Shown: positions 14,444 through 28,394, numbered from the stretch's first letter. The stretch is 64,000 nucleotides of DNA from Eledone cirrhosa (GCA_964016885.1 OZ024740.1:277946001-278010000), one strand, 5' to 3'. The notes: generated from the sequence alone by a model not told the origin. Program-made: numbers and translations.

Positions 14444-15020
14444 TACTTATATATATATATACATATATTTACATACGCAGTCACACTATCCACACGCCTG
14501 CATATGATTTGTTATCGCACTCTTCCTTTCTCAAAACTGCTTCCTCAATGCCTCTTTAAAATTTGGACTCTTGCCTTGTTTTAACTGTTGCGTGTATTCC
14601 ACTCAGTACTTTTTAATTTAATTTTAATTTTGATTTGAATTTGAACTTAAATGTTTGTACAATTATTGTACAATTCTTGTAAAATATATGTAACATCCAC
14701 TCCACCCTGTAAATACGAAACTGTTGGTCACAACATCAATTTATATGTATCTATATTATTGTTCAGTTGAATAGGAGGGTAATTATATGTGCAAACATTG
14801 ATAATGCTCCGCTCCGATGACCCCAAACGAGTGTATGATTTGAACACAACTTTGATATTTGTATAATTTATTTATTTAACTGCTCTGTAAAACAACTGAT
14901 GTTCATACATTGAGGTATTTTCTTACTGGTAATAAGGTAATTTAGAAATTACTGACCTTCCTGTTTATAGTTTTTTATACTATACACATAACTATAAATA
15001 GTATTATTATTAAATATATA

Positions 15021-15180
15021 TTGGCAGTATCGGTAGAGGATCGGATACCATGCTTTGAAGCATAGAGTTACCTCCCTGTATGATCTGAGTTCAAATCCCG
15101 CCGAGGTTAACTTTGCCTTTCATCCTTCCGGGGTCGATAGAATAAAGTACCAGTAATACATTGGATAATTGCTGGCCTTA
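15021..15180 (+). mobile_element. tRNA-derived SINE
   Basis: A-box-like TGGCAGTATCGG, B box GAGTTCAAATCC, and the conserved body ctttgcctttcatcctt.cggggtcgat..aataaagtaccag. Confidence 0.85.
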
Positions 15181-15534
15181 TATATATATATATATATACG
15201 TATATATATATATATTCTGTCACCACAGAATTTGAACCTGAAGATTCCGAAAGCATGAAAGTACTTGTTCAATTAACACTTAACATTTAATATTCTACCA
15301 TACTATTTCATTCTAATATCATTATAAATTTTAAAGGATTGTAAATAAAACGAGTAAACCAGACAAAATTGGAATTCCTTTTTATTAATATAATCTTCTA
15401 TACACAAACATACACACCCGTGTATATCTATCTATCTATCTATCTATCTATATCTATCTATCTATATCTATCTATCTATATCTATCTATATCTATCTATC
15501 TCTCTATATATATATATAGATAGATATATAGATA

Positions 15535-15724
15535 TGTGGCTAATAAAGAAACATATATATCTATCTATCTATATCTATCTATCTATCTATATTTTTTGTT
15601 ATATCTTATTTTATTATTATATTTTGTTATTGCCTCCTCCTTATTGAGGACGCCTTTTTGTGTAAACTTCCCCCTTTGTACTTGTCCCACTTCTGATGCC
15701 CTAGTGGCAAATAAAAGAAACATA

Positions 15725-15725
<1 letters not shown>
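15535..15725 (+). mobile_element. 3'-end fragments of the Tx1-like LINE family
   Basis: tgtaaacttcccctttgtacttgtc...gtggc(t/a)aataaa(a)gaaaca matches the 3' end of the 32372-35275 element. Confidence 0.7.
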
Positions 15726-15760
<35 letters not shown>

Positions 15761-15769
15761 TTATTGTTA

Positions 15770-18760
15770 TTGCTCTTTGAGCCTCAGTCATTGATGTTAT
15801 TTAAGTGGAAAGTTTGTTGAAATGAATATCAAGCAGCTACCTGAAGCCTCAGATATTCAGGACGTATAGCATGCCTTTTGAAGTGTTCCAAAACGCGGGA
15901 CTGGACTAATCTTCTTTAACCATCCTTGGAAACTCTTTAGATAGTACCTAGTGCACCTATTACAATCGGACGACCTTGATTTCGTGGCAGTTCCGAATCC
16001 TTTTTAACTCCCACTTTAAGTCCTGGTATCAGTTAACTTTCTCCCTCTCCTTTTCTTGCACTCTCGTGTCAAATGGGCAGGCTACATCTACAGTCACGCA
16101 CGATCTTTTTTCCTTGTCCAAAACCACCCTGTCAGGCCTATTGTGGTCTAATTTCTTGTCCGTCTGTATCCTAACATCCCATAGCACCTTCACCTGATCG
16201 TTTTCTATCACCGACTCCGGCTTATGCTCATACCACTTCTCAGAATGTGGTAAATCGTTTAGTCTGTATAGATGCCAGTGCATCACCCTGCCTATCACAT
16301 CATGTCTCCAGCTTTTATATTGAGTCTGGGCTAGGTGTTTACACGCGGATACAATGTGAGTCACAGTCTCCTCTCTCTCTCCACAGATCCTACACAGTGG
16401 GCTAACCTCCTCCTTGTAAATATGGTGTTTCAACCACTTCGTTTTGAGGGCCTGCTCTTGCGGAACCATTAACATTCATTCTGTAGCCTTTTTAAGGTCT
16501 CCTCTTTTCAACCAGCTCCATGTCTGTGGATCTCTAAATTCAGTTTTCTCAAAGAAGGTACTATGAAGGGATTTTTCCTGAAGGCTGCTCTGTCTCCTTG
16601 TTGTTATTTCCTCCCTGGACATCCCCTGGTCTATTGTCCTCTCCTTCAGTACAGTTCTGAGCATTGGCTCCTTACTATCAGTCACGTATTTGTGTAGGTT
16701 GTTTTTTTCCATCTGAACACAGTCCTCTATGGTTATAACACCTCTCCCACCTTCAGATCTCCTTAAGTAGAGTGTATCGACATCACTCCTCTTGTGGAAC
16801 ATGTTGTAGATAGTCAATAATTTCCTAGTCTTCCTATCAATTTCTTTTTGTTCAGCAACATTCAATCTCAGAATTCCCGCACTGTACCTAATAATAGACA
16901 CAGCTCGGGAATTTACTGCACTTATGACATTCCTACTGTTCAGATGTGACTTTAATACTCTCCTTACTCTCCGAATGTATTCAGTTCTTATCAATTCATT
17001 CATTTTTTTGTTCTTGATGTCATCAGCCTCCAGAACACCCAAATACTTGTATCCTTCTTCAGTGTCAATTTCCTTTATCATCTCACCTGTTGGTACCTGG
17101 ATTCCGTTGCTTCTGCTCAATTTACCCCTCTTCATCTCAAGGACTCCACACTTACTAATACCAAATTGCATATATATATCATTGCTGAAAATACGGACAG
17201 TGTCAACAAGCACATTCAACTCCTTCTCACTCTTCCCGAAGAGCTTAACGTCGTCCATGAAGAGGAGGTGATTGATGGTAAGCTCTCCCTTTCCCAACTT
17301 GTATCCTGCTCTCACTTTTCGCAGTATAATGGCCAGGGGCATCAGGGCAAGGACAAACAACACATGGGACAGACTATCTCCCTGGAAGATACCTCTCTTG
17401 ATCTTCACGGCTCCCAAGGATTCTCCAGCTGATGTTAACTCTGTTTCCCAGGACTTCATACTTTTGCCCAACAACTGTCTGATGTTATCTGCCACCTTGA
17501 AGATCTCTAGGCTTTTGGTGATCCAAAAATGAGGCACCATGTCAAATGCCTTTTTGTAGTCTATCCATCCCATGGCAAGACCAGTGTGTCTCCTCTTGCA
17601 ATTCATCATTACCATCTTATCAATAAGTAACTGGTCCTTTGTACTACGGGACTTCTTTAGGCATCCTTTCTGTTTGTCCAGTAACAAGTTGTTTGTGTTG
17701 CTTCAGTTCCTCTATGACAATATTTAGCTTTTTCCTCCTAGTTTTGTACTTTATTTCCAGTCTATTTTTAGTGTCTATGTTTTTTAGTGTCCCATTCAGT
17801 AGGGACTCAAGCTTTCCAATGTCATTTCTCATTTCCCTGATTTGAGCACTCAGTCGTTTCTTCCACCAAGGCTCTGATCTTTCTTGTTTGCTGTTTCCTC
17901 TCGCTTTTATACCAAGTAATTTCCTCACCGCATTTGCTGTTGCTTTGAGGATATTGTTGCACTGGTGAAGGCTCCTCGCCTCAAGGTATGAAATGACTTT
18001 GTTTACCTTAGCTGTTGTTTCATTTAACTTTTTCCTGTCTACAAATCTTAGGTTCATAGGTTTCCCACTATCATTGTTCAATTCATCTACCACTAAGTTT
18101 AGGATATCAACCAAATCTTGTCCTAACCCGTCAGCATTCATCTCCTCAATGGCCGTATCTCTGTTCCAGGTATTATTTATTTCAGCATTCAGATCATTGT
18201 AGGCTTCGGATGGTTCCTCCGTTCTCTCAACCTCTTCACATTCATTTCCCACTGGCTCGTTTGCCTGGCATACTCCACTCTCCATCTCCAAGCTAATCTC
18301 TCTGCTCAGTTCCTCCAGTTCCAGCTCGCTTATCCACCCATTAGTTCTTATTACCCGAGCCTGCCCGGCCAATTTTTGTTCATCTAATTTAAATAGACCA
18401 ATCTCGTTCCAGATGTTATGCATCCGTTTCCTATAGCCTTTCTCCTTGGGGGTTACTCTTCAGGTAACATTGCATAACAGTTCTATTCAATTCTTTCGTC
18501 CAGTTGGTTCTGGTCCCTTTCCTTCTTCTTCCTCCGATACCAGCAGTATTTGGTTGACAGCCAGGTCCCTGCTGCTGAGCCAGGGAGCACCTGCTGGGTG
18601 AGAGTCTGTCACATGACATTCTAGTCTCCACTTCACCGTTATTCGAACTGTTTAGGTTCGACATTTAAACACTCTTATCGAGGATTGGCGAATGTATGGT
18701 TACATAACCACCGGTGATTTCGTCACTCCCGGTGATTTTTGTGTGGCATTATCACGCTGT
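15770..18760 (-). mobile_element. R4/Dong-clade RT-RLE non-LTR retrotransposon, near full length, degenerate
   Basis: ORF pieces from 18664 to ~15850: [47 protein letters not shown]. It has frameshifts and an internal deletion of about 580 bp relative to the 42387-45437 copy. The 3' end abuts (TAA)n-like sequence. Confidence 0.92.
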
Positions 18761-20122
18761 AGACGAACATAAATAAATAAACAAACAAACAAACAAGCAA
18801 AAAAAAACCCCAAAAATGAATAAGCATAAGTTTCATTGTAATGTAATGTTTGAATGTCTGACTTAGTTTTTCCCTTCCCTTCTCTGTCCGTCTGTTTGTT
18901 CTTCTCTTCACTTTTCTTTTCTTTACGTTTTTCGTTGTTGCTGTGCTGCTTTGATTTTTATTTTGTTTTTTTTAATTTTGACCGGGTCATCAATTCAGTC
19001 TATTTATATATTTTGATGCCTTCCTCTTTTAGTGGGGACACTACGATGTAGCAGGAGGTAGTGGGAGAGAATAGCGGCGGTAAGGATAATGAGGCAGTGG
19101 TGGTGGTGGTGGTGGTGCTGTGCTAGTAGTACCTAGCAGGAGGTAGTGGGAGAGAATAGCGGCGGTAGCGATAATGAGGCAGTGGTGATGGGGATGTGAT
19201 CGTAGTACTGTAGTGATGGTGTTGAAGTTGAAGTAGAAATAGAGGTTGAGGCAACTTGACCAGAGTTTTTAGCGTGGTAGTGGTGGTGGTGTTGGTGGTG
19301 AAATTATCTTTAGCTATTTAGCTATTTAGTCATTTTGCGATTTTCCTCCTTTTCGACTCCAACATTCCTGATACAAAATTCAATGTTAATATTGTTTATT
19401 AGTATTGTCTAGTGATACCGCCACTTTCCCCTTTCGTAAGTTAACAGAAGGTAATGGGGGAATAGCGGTGGTAGCAATGAAGGAGTGGTGGCGGCGGTGA
19501 TGGGATGGGATAGTGGTAGCAATGATGGATGGAGTGGTGGCGGCGGTGACTATAGTGATGGCGTTGTCGTTACTGAGTTTTGTTGAATAGACTGTAGTTG
19601 TGTTTGATCTGTGTATCTATGCGTTTGTCGCGTATGCTTAATATATGTGTTGACATATTTTCTTAATATTGGAATTAAACATTTAGTTAAAACTTGAGAC
19701 AATTATAATAGTAATTATTATTATTATGCTGGGATTGGTGGTGGTGAAATTGCCGTTATCTGGCTGTTGTATTTTGTGTACACAGAGGGGTGATGGGGTA
19801 GGTGGTGTATCTAGTTTCTGGTGTTGGTGAAATTGCTGTTATTTGGCTGTTCTATATAGTGTAGACAGAGGGGGTTTTCTTCCATTTATAACCATTTTCT
19901 TTTTTGAATATAAAATGTATAATACAAAATTGAATATTTGAGCGATATAACAATATATTATGGATCCGAATTTTTCTCCGACTTGAGTCTGGTGCTTCAT
20001 TTGTACTAAGAATTGTTATTTCACAATTGGTTTAAATATGTTAAAGATCAAAAACTTACGGGAGCGATTTCATGACCTTCTATCCACCACGTGCGTCTTC
20101 TTCCCTATTATTATTATTATTA

Positions 20123-20162
<40 letters not shown>

Positions 20163-20347
20163 GGCGGTGGATTGGCAGTATCAGTAGAGGGTCGGACGCC
20201 ATGCCTTGACGCATAGAGTTACGCCCCTTGCCATTCTGAGTTCAAATCTCGCCGAGGTAAACTTTGCCTTTCATCCTTACGGGGTCGAAGAAATAAAGTA
20301 CCAGTAATGCACTGGGTAATTGCTGGCCTTGTGCCAAAAGTAGAAAA
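20163..20347 (+). mobile_element. tRNA-derived SINE in (ATT)n
   Basis: Same family as 15021, full length from ggcggtgg to gtagaaa. Confidence 0.88.
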
Positions 20348-20416
20348 AATAATAATTATTATTATCTTTATTATTATGTGGCAACGTTATGGTTAATAAA
20401 GAAACGATTATATGTA

Positions 20417-20553
20417 CCGTATTTTTCGGCGCCGAAGACGCTTCATCCTCGAGGACGCACCCTGATTTTAACAACCAAAAATGTGAAAAATAATAATAGA
20501 TAATCTTCGGCCTCCAGGACGAAAAGTGGCGTCCTCGACGCCGGGAAATACAG
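20417..20553. mobile_element. Tc1/mariner-type MITE
   Basis: Imperfect TIRs CCGTATTTTTCGGCGCCGAAGACGC / GCGTCCTCGACGCCGGGAAATACAG, flanked by TA on both sides. Confidence 0.75.
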
Positions 20554-20929
20554 TAAATAAGAATAGTGTCGTTTGAAATTAAACGTCAGTTGTCTGGAAT
20601 GTAATAGAATAATCATGGAGTATAGATAGCCACTTGTCGTCTGACATTACTCCTCTTTGAAATTCTCAAACAAACAATATATATCTGTGAGTGTGTTTGT
20701 GTATATACTAGTTTGTTTATGCGCTTGTGCGTATGTAAACATTATGGTATATACATGCATGGACGCTTGAAACCGAATGCTTGTTTTGTGTACGTACAGA
20801 TGGGCAGACTAAGTGTTGCACAAGCTCAGGATAAACAGGTAGATATGATAACTGAACATATAAAAAATAACATTATAAACAAAACCTCACCAAGCCCTGA
20901 TATCTAATATAACACTAAACAATAACAAC

Positions 20930-21170
20930 AAAACGCAGACAAAATAGACCACAACATTATCTAATCATATATGGAAGGTGAAAGTTGTCAATACAAATTA
21001 CCCGATAAATTAAAGTTCTAGAACGATGCCCAACTCACTCCAACAGATATAAGATATGTCAGCTCTCCACAGTAAAAAGATGACACATTTTACACAGATC
21101 TAACACCTCCAATTACTGTTTCAACAGCAAAGGGGACCATGTTAATAAGTGCTCTCCTGCAGAAATGTTC
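20930..21170 (+). pseudogene. Naiad-type GIY-YIG C-terminal remnant
   Basis: TTLSNHIWKVK...KVLERCP...KICQLS...FNSKGDHVNKC parallels the endonuclease C-terminus of the other Naiad copies. Confidence 0.6.
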
Positions 21171-21362
21171 CATATATAGCAGTAAATGCTGCCCTTCAAA
21201 TCAAAATAGCGAGCAATACAGCTTTTAAGGTCTATTACTACTAACACTGATGGTCAAACTAAACGACCCACATGCCCTAGGAATGCCAACGTATATCGAT
21301 AGATTATAACATCTTTTAACTAAAGATTATATATATACACAGGTACGCAGGTATACACGTAT

Positions 21363-21379
<17 letters not shown>

Positions 21380-21399
<20 letters not shown>

Positions 21400-21651
21400 T
21401 CGTTTCTGAATTTGTTTAGCAAGATTCTTTATCTGAAAACGTGTGTTGAAACCGATATTGTTATACTTTGGGAGAGTCATGTTGCCAATAAGAAACACAC
21501 GCACCTCTTGCTTTAACTTCAATTTATTATAATGAATTTATAAATTTAGGAATTTATAAATTTTCGGGTGGTTGGTTGGTTCCACAACCAGATGGTTGTT
21601 TATATATTGTCAAAGATCTTTCTTATTGGCAACATGACCCTCCCAAAGTAT

Positions 21652-21697
<46 letters not shown>

Positions 21698-21715
21698 TAA
21701 AATAACAGATTAAAT
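21380..21715. repeat. Dispersed pLTR-like family with ATGACCCTCCCAAAGTATAACAA end; copies at 8775-8900 and 30716-30930
   Basis: Direct and inverted copies of ttgttatactttgggagggtcatgttgccaataagaaa next to (TA)n. Confidence 0.7.
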
Positions 21716-21842
21716 TTATTATTATTACTATATATATGTATATATATTATTTATATTTATATATAGTAATTTATTATTATTACTTATTATTATTATTACT
21801 GTATATATATAAATATATATATATATATGTGTGTGTGTGTAT

Positions 21843-22050
21843 TAAATGCGATGAATTGGCAACCTCGTTAGACCGTCAAATAGAATGGTTTGCCTTTCGC
21901 CTTTTCCAGAAACGGTGTGATTCTGTAGTCGATTCTTCCTTAATATCTCTTTTCCCTTCTACTCTATTATATTCGGAGTTTTTCTGGAAAAATTCGGCTT
22001 CATTTAGAATTGGAGATTAGATAGGGGTCTGCCAGAATTAAAATAGCCAT
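21843..22050 (+). mobile_element. Diverged SINE-like fragment; relative at 51740-51985
   Basis: gcgatgaattggca..tcgtta head, and a tail with tctggaaaa..tc.gct..att.ag..tggagat shared with 51950-52000. Confidence 0.5.
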
Positions 22051-22160
22051 GAAACGCCGTATGCCACTACAGGCCAGAAAAGGAAAAATTTATATATCAA
22101 ACCCCGCCTGTCTCGGTTTACGAAATGCATTTACCATTATGCAATATATATATATATATA

Positions 22161-22337
22161 AAGTGTGGTAAGGAATATAAGTGTGGAACCAGGTGGACCA
22201 TAACGCACTAGAGTATTCAATACTTGGAGTAGTAAAGTGGGTAATAGGAAAATGTTCAAGACCCAGACGGCAGAGCTCAAGCCGAGAAATAGCCGTCAAA
22301 ACTGCTTGAGCTCTGCCGTCGGGGTCTTGAACATTTT

Positions 22338-22377
<40 letters not shown>

Positions 22378-22532
22378 AAAAAGTATGACCCCGACGGCAG
22401 AGCTCAACCCGTTTCGACTGCTATTTCTGGACGTCGGTGTCATAATTTTTCCTATTACCTACTCGACTACCCTAAGTATTGAGTACTCTGGTTCGTTACG
22501 GTCCATCTGGTTTCTTACCACAATTCCTTCGT

Positions 22533-22533
<1 letters not shown>
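22161..22533. mobile_element. Two copies of a fold-back (hairpin + tail) element family in (TA)n; others at 24580-24775, 24783-24902, 25911-26035, 53270-53467, 56683-56894
   Basis: All copies share a tail (gtggtaaggaaccag.tggaccataacgcaccaaagtactcaatactt) and an inverted arm starting TAGGAA...GACCCCGACGGC(T/A)GAGCTCAAGCCG. Confidence 0.85.
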
Positions 22534-22611
<78 letters not shown>

Positions 22612-23256
22612 TCGTGTTTATATACATCAAGTCGTGTGTTACATTTCTACATTCCATATATATATCTATATATATAATATACGATAAATTTCATATAGTC
22701 TGTTACCACATTAGTTTATAATCATCTTCTTATATGTGTTAGTTAAGTGTTCGTCAGAAGCATCAGATAAGAACTTTTACTGGATTCAATAATGTGATAA
22801 ATCTGACGTCCTCTCCATCGACTATCATCTATATAGTTATGTTGGCATGTTAAAACGCATCTTTGAAGTATGTTTGTAACAGTTATATACATATTAATGA
22901 GTGCGAAACCAAATACATGGAACAAAATAATATATCATTACTAAATTGTTGATGGTAAAGGTAGGGACTGTTGTAGGAAGGTGAAGTTGGAGGAGATGAA
23001 GGTGGAGAAGGAGGATGCGAAATAGGTGAATGTAGAAGAAGTGGATGCGGGAGGAGTTTAGGAGGAGGTGGGGTGTGGAAGAGACGAGGGTGAGGGAGAA
23101 TAGGTAGTTGTAGAATTTTATCTTTAAGATTGCCATGAACATCATTTTTAATCACAAGTTACCGTCTTAATCACGGATATATTGGATAGTGTGATGTGTT
23201 AGATCTGACCTGTGGTTAAACAATAAAAGATATCTAGCAGCATATTTAGTGCATCT

Positions 23257-24508
23257 ATCTATCTATCTAGGTCGGGTAAAATTCCTGAGACCCATGGACG
23301 AGTTCTCTCCAGCGGTCTCTGTCCCTCATTATCGCTGCCATGTCGTGTGTCTCCAACAGACCAGTCTCTGTCCTTAGGGCATCAATATACGTTAACCTTG
23401 GTCTTCTTCTTCCAGTGTGCCCATGTAGGGGCTCCCACAGGGGCACTGAGTGCAATGTCAACTCTGGATGTCGGTGAGCATGTCCAGCTAACCTCAGTCT
23501 CCTCTGTATGACTTCTGAGCTGACTTTTGGGAGGCTCCCAGCTCTGAGCTTTTCATCCTCAGTGTATACGGATTAATGTTCAGAGCCATCCTCAGCATTC
23601 TCGTGTAGCACCCATCCACCATCTGAGTGAGTTTCTTGGTCAGTGTCCAAGTCTCAGACCTGTACAGCAGCACAGACTCCACTACAGCAATGAAGAGGCT
23701 GATTTTCAGGTCTTTACGAAAGTCCGACTTCTACACCGATCTGAAGCTGTGGCACGCCACCCAGGCTTTGCTCTTTCTCTCAACCACATCATCTTCCGTA
23801 TTCCCAATCTTTGCTCCCTAATACAGGAAGTCCTCAACCAATTCTAGCGTCAAAGACCCTCAACAGGATGATTTTTAACAGGATCCAGATGGAAAAGAAG
23901 CTCAGGGACAACCAGAACTGCTTCAGAGAGGGATGATCAGCCAGCAGTCACATCTTGATGCTGAGAAGGATATTACAAGGAGCTAGAGCAAAGTACCTTC
24001 CTGCGGTCATGGTTTTCATTGACTTTAGGAAGGCCTTTGATTCTGCGGAGCGTCACTGCCTGATAAAGATCTTACAGGCTTATGGAATCCCCAAGAAGAT
24101 AGTGGACCTGATATCACTGCTCTACACCAACACCAAAGCCCGAGTCATTACACATGATGGGATGACAGAGTTCTTTGAGGTACTGGTTGGAGTGCTCCAG
24201 GGAGATACATTGGCTCCCTACCTTTTTTTATCATCGTAGTGGACTATTGTATGCGCCTTGCACTGAAGAAACATCAGGACTCTGGCTTTACTGTAGCACC
24301 GGCTCAGAGCAGGAGAGTTAAGGCGAAAAAGATATCGGATGCTGAATTTGCCGACGACATAGTTTTGGTGACAAATACAGTTAAGGAGGCAGAGGATTTG
24401 ATGCAGGAGGTTGAGACTGTATCGATGAGTGTGGGGCTGAGAATGAATGAGACTAAAACAAAATATCTGGTAGAGAATATTGAGAAGCCAGAGGGGATTA
24501 CTAATGTT
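23257..24508. mobile_element. RTE-clade LINE fragment with 5' inversion
   Basis: Minus 23267-~23860 encodes the ORF C-terminus (ESVLLY.SETWTLT, GHAHRH, RPRLTYID) followed by a (TAGA)n tail. Plus ~23860-24505 encodes the RT core (FIDFRKAFDS, GVLQGDTLAP, FADD). GTGCATCT flanks both ends. Confidence 0.88.
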
Positions 24509-24513
24509 GTGCA

Positions 24514-24579
<66 letters not shown>

Positions 24580-25177
24580 TAGGAACGAGTAGGACCCCGA
24601 CGGCTGAGCTCAAGCCGTTTCGACGGCTAATTCTTAGTCCAGAATTAGCCGTCGAAACGGCTTGAGCTCAGCCGTCTGAGTCCTACTCGTTCCTATTACA
24701 CACTCTACTACTCTAAGTATTGAGTACTTTGGTGCGTTATGGTCCATCTGGTTCCTTACCTCATTTCCTTCGTTATATATATAGGAACAAGTAACACCCC
24801 AACTGGGGTCTTACTTGATCCTATTACCCACCCTACTACCCTAAGTATTGAGTACTTTGGTGCGTTATGGTCCACCTGGTTCCTTATCACATTTCCTTCG
24901 TTTTATATATATATATATATATTAGAAAGATCGAGTATCGAAAAATCGGCGCACGAGTTAACGAAAAACGAAATCCGATATGAGCGGCAGAGGGCTCAAT
25001 AATTCAGATGAATCAGAGCTATAACTATCGTTAAAATACCGTCACATATAGAACAAGTCTGCAATCAACCATACGATTTAAAATCGATAAAGGAAGATTC
25101 GGGCCAAACAGATAAAAAATATCAATAAAACAATACGTCAATAATTTAAATGAATGTAAAATCATACCCGGACCCAC

Positions 25178-25237
<60 letters not shown>

Positions 25238-25238
<1 letters not shown>

Positions 25239-25722
25239 TGTTATACTTGTTATATTTGTGTAATAATATTGCCAGAATTAATAACAGAACAAGCTCACTG
25301 TTTGGTTGATTTTCGCTTCTGTATCTTTTATATCCGTTAATTTAATTTATTCGGTCATCAATGTTACCATTGACTGACCAACGGTCAAAAATACACATTC
25401 AATATAGACACAAACACATATATATAGTCTAACAAAGTTCTTTCGTTGCACATCTGCAACATCGTTGTATTGTATGCCTACGCCATCTTTCAAAGAAGGA
25501 TGGCGTAGTAGAACTTTGATAGACTATATATATGTGTTTGTGTCTATATTGTATCTATATTTTTGACCGTTGGTCAGTCAATGGTAACATTGAGGACCGA
25601 ATAAATTAAATTAACCGATATAAAAGACACAGAAGCGAAAACCAACCAAACAGTGAGTGAGTTCTCTTATTAATTCTGGCAATATTATTACACAAATATG
25701 ACCCTCCCCAAGTATAACAATA
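25238..25722. mobile_element. Fold-back pLTR-like element; single-orientation relatives at 50170-50495 and 61660-61982
   Basis: 25238-25441 is the reverse complement of 25510-25722, with a central ctacgccatc / gatggcgtag hairpin. Confidence 0.85.
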
Positions 25723-26033
25723 TATGTATATATCTATATATGTATATATATATATTTAGAAGAAACAGGGCTGTGTAGTTGCTGGATAAGGTGTATTTAT
25801 AAATAAGAGGAAAGCATGAACGGGGGATAATATTACTTTATCCGTTGTCTGCTGGAGATCATGGATATTTCAATGCATTAGAGACAAGATAAATATATAT
25901 ATATATATATAGGAAAAAGTATGACCCCATCATACTTGGGGTCATACTTTTTCCTATTTGCCACTCTACTACCCAGACTATTGAGTACTCTGGTGCGTTA
26001 TTGTCCATTTGGTTCCTTACCACAATTTCTTTG

Positions 26034-26108
<75 letters not shown>

Positions 26109-26302
26109 GATAAATCTACCAAGAGTTTACGGTAGTGTCCAATCCGTACGAAGAACTCAATGTAATCCGGATATCATGGAAAGAAGAGATGCAATGAAAA
26201 ATCACTTTCGGTGAAAGATAAACGGAATACAGAGTCAAGATAAAATATTAAAAAAATAATGAATAAAACAATGAAACAGTTCCTTATATTAAACAAAAAA
26301 AG

Positions 26303-26457
26303 TTCATTATTTAACGATCGTTTCTAGGATATATATGTGTTAGAATTGGCATGCATATTCAACAGATCTATGTACAAAATTATACAAAATTATACAAACT
26401 ATCAAAATTAAATATACATACCAAACACATATATATGCCGTCTTCAGAAATAATGAA
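26303..26457 (-). ncRNA. Type I hammerhead with ~115-nt stem II
   Basis: ttcattattt-CTGAAGA-[gg.atatatatgtgtt...aacacatatatat.cc]-GAAA-CGATCG-TT-aaataatgaa. Stem I is a perfect 10 bp and stem III is palindromic. The adjacent 26107-26250 matches 41878-42010 inverted. Confidence 0.75.
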
Positions 26458-27054
26458 ATATATTTATTGATAATAACAACAATTCAAAATTTCAGGTCCG
26501 TTTGGGAACAGAGTTCAAATTGACCAATGAAAATACAAAAAATTTTATGCAGTTAGGTGTGTGTATATACATGTAATCAACTTCGTACACATATTTACAT
26601 AAAGATATATGTTCACATGCATACGCATGCCAAAAAGATGTATGTAAATACAAAAATTCAAAGCTAATGTCTCTGTAGGTTTATAATCTACAGATAAAAT
26701 GCGTATAGACACATAAATATGAAATAAATGTATACACACATTCATATACTCACACATATTCGTACACTCACACACACACGCGCGTATATGCATAAACATA
26801 CACATAACTACGAACATACATACACACACACACACCCACACACATATATATGTGCATATAGTATTATCATAAGCATATGGACATAAATTCACGCACATAA
26901 AACACTGCCACACATATTTAGATCAGGATACAGAAATTAGGTGGGAGGGGGGAGAGGTCAGTATTCAACGGTTTCGGCAGACTGCCTATTTATAAATGTA
27001 TCTATAAACTTAGAAATAAAAGGAAAGAAAAGGAAAAAAGAAATATATCAAGAA

Positions 27055-27123
27055 AATATATATATATATATATATATACATCCACACATACACACACACA
27101 CACACACACACATATACATATAC

Positions 27124-27164
<41 letters not shown>

Positions 27165-27488
27165 TATACACACACATATATACACATATATACACACACA
27201 TATACACACACATATATATATACACATATACATACACATACATATATATATACAAACAAGTAAAATATAAAATATACATCGATATACATACATATAGACA
27301 TATAAATAAATACACACGCATATACACACATACATATACATACATATACATACACATATATACAAACACATACATACACATACATATACATACACATACC
27401 ATATAAATACACATACACATACACACACGCATACATATAGAGACACATACATATACACATATAAATACATAGACACATACACACATAA

Positions 27489-27520
<32 letters not shown>

Positions 27521-27545
27521 TTTTACACACATATACACATACACG

Positions 27546-27584
<39 letters not shown>

Positions 27585-27625
27585 TCACGACATACGTATA
27601 TATATACACACTCATACATATACAC

Positions 27626-27681
<56 letters not shown>

Positions 27682-27804
27682 TCACATCTACATACATATA
27701 TATAGAAAACACACTCATATATACACAGATACACATACATACCCACATATAAATATATATATATATATATAAATATATATATACACACATACACACATAC
27801 ACAT

Positions 27805-27838
<34 letters not shown>

Positions 27839-27948
27839 ACACACACATACACATATACACACATACATATATACACACACACACCTACACATACATACAC
27901 ATACACATATATAAAGATATATATACACACACAGACACACATATAATA

Positions 27949-27982
<34 letters not shown>

Positions 27983-27988
27983 CATACA

Positions 27989-28026
<38 letters not shown>

Positions 28027-28284
28027 CACATATATACATACACACATACACACATACATACATACACACACACATACATACACACACATACATACTCATA
28101 CATAGACATAGATATATACTCACACACACATACGCACTTACATATACGCATATATACAAATACATACACATCCATATATGCGTATATACATACAAACACC
28201 ACTACACGCTCACACAACTCAGACATACAAAGAAAAAGGTATATACATACACATATATACACACATAAATAGAGATACATATAC

Positions 28285-28323
<39 letters not shown>

Positions 28324-28394
28324 CACGTACACACATAAACACACATACAAACACATACATACACACATACATATATATATATACACACACACAA

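Noticed and set aside
18665-18760. HDV-like ribozyme in the Dong 5' UTR
   Set aside because: A CCTCG loop-like motif and hairpins are present, but I could not build the nested double pseudoknot. It needs an RNArobo or Infernal search.
19040-19900. Coding region in GTG/GTA-rich repeats upstream of the Dong element
   Set aside because: Low-complexity duplicated segments with no sustained ORF or recognisable motif.
20163-20260. tRNA genes
   Set aside because: A/B boxes belong to SINE heads; there is no cloverleaf, and a shared SINE body follows.
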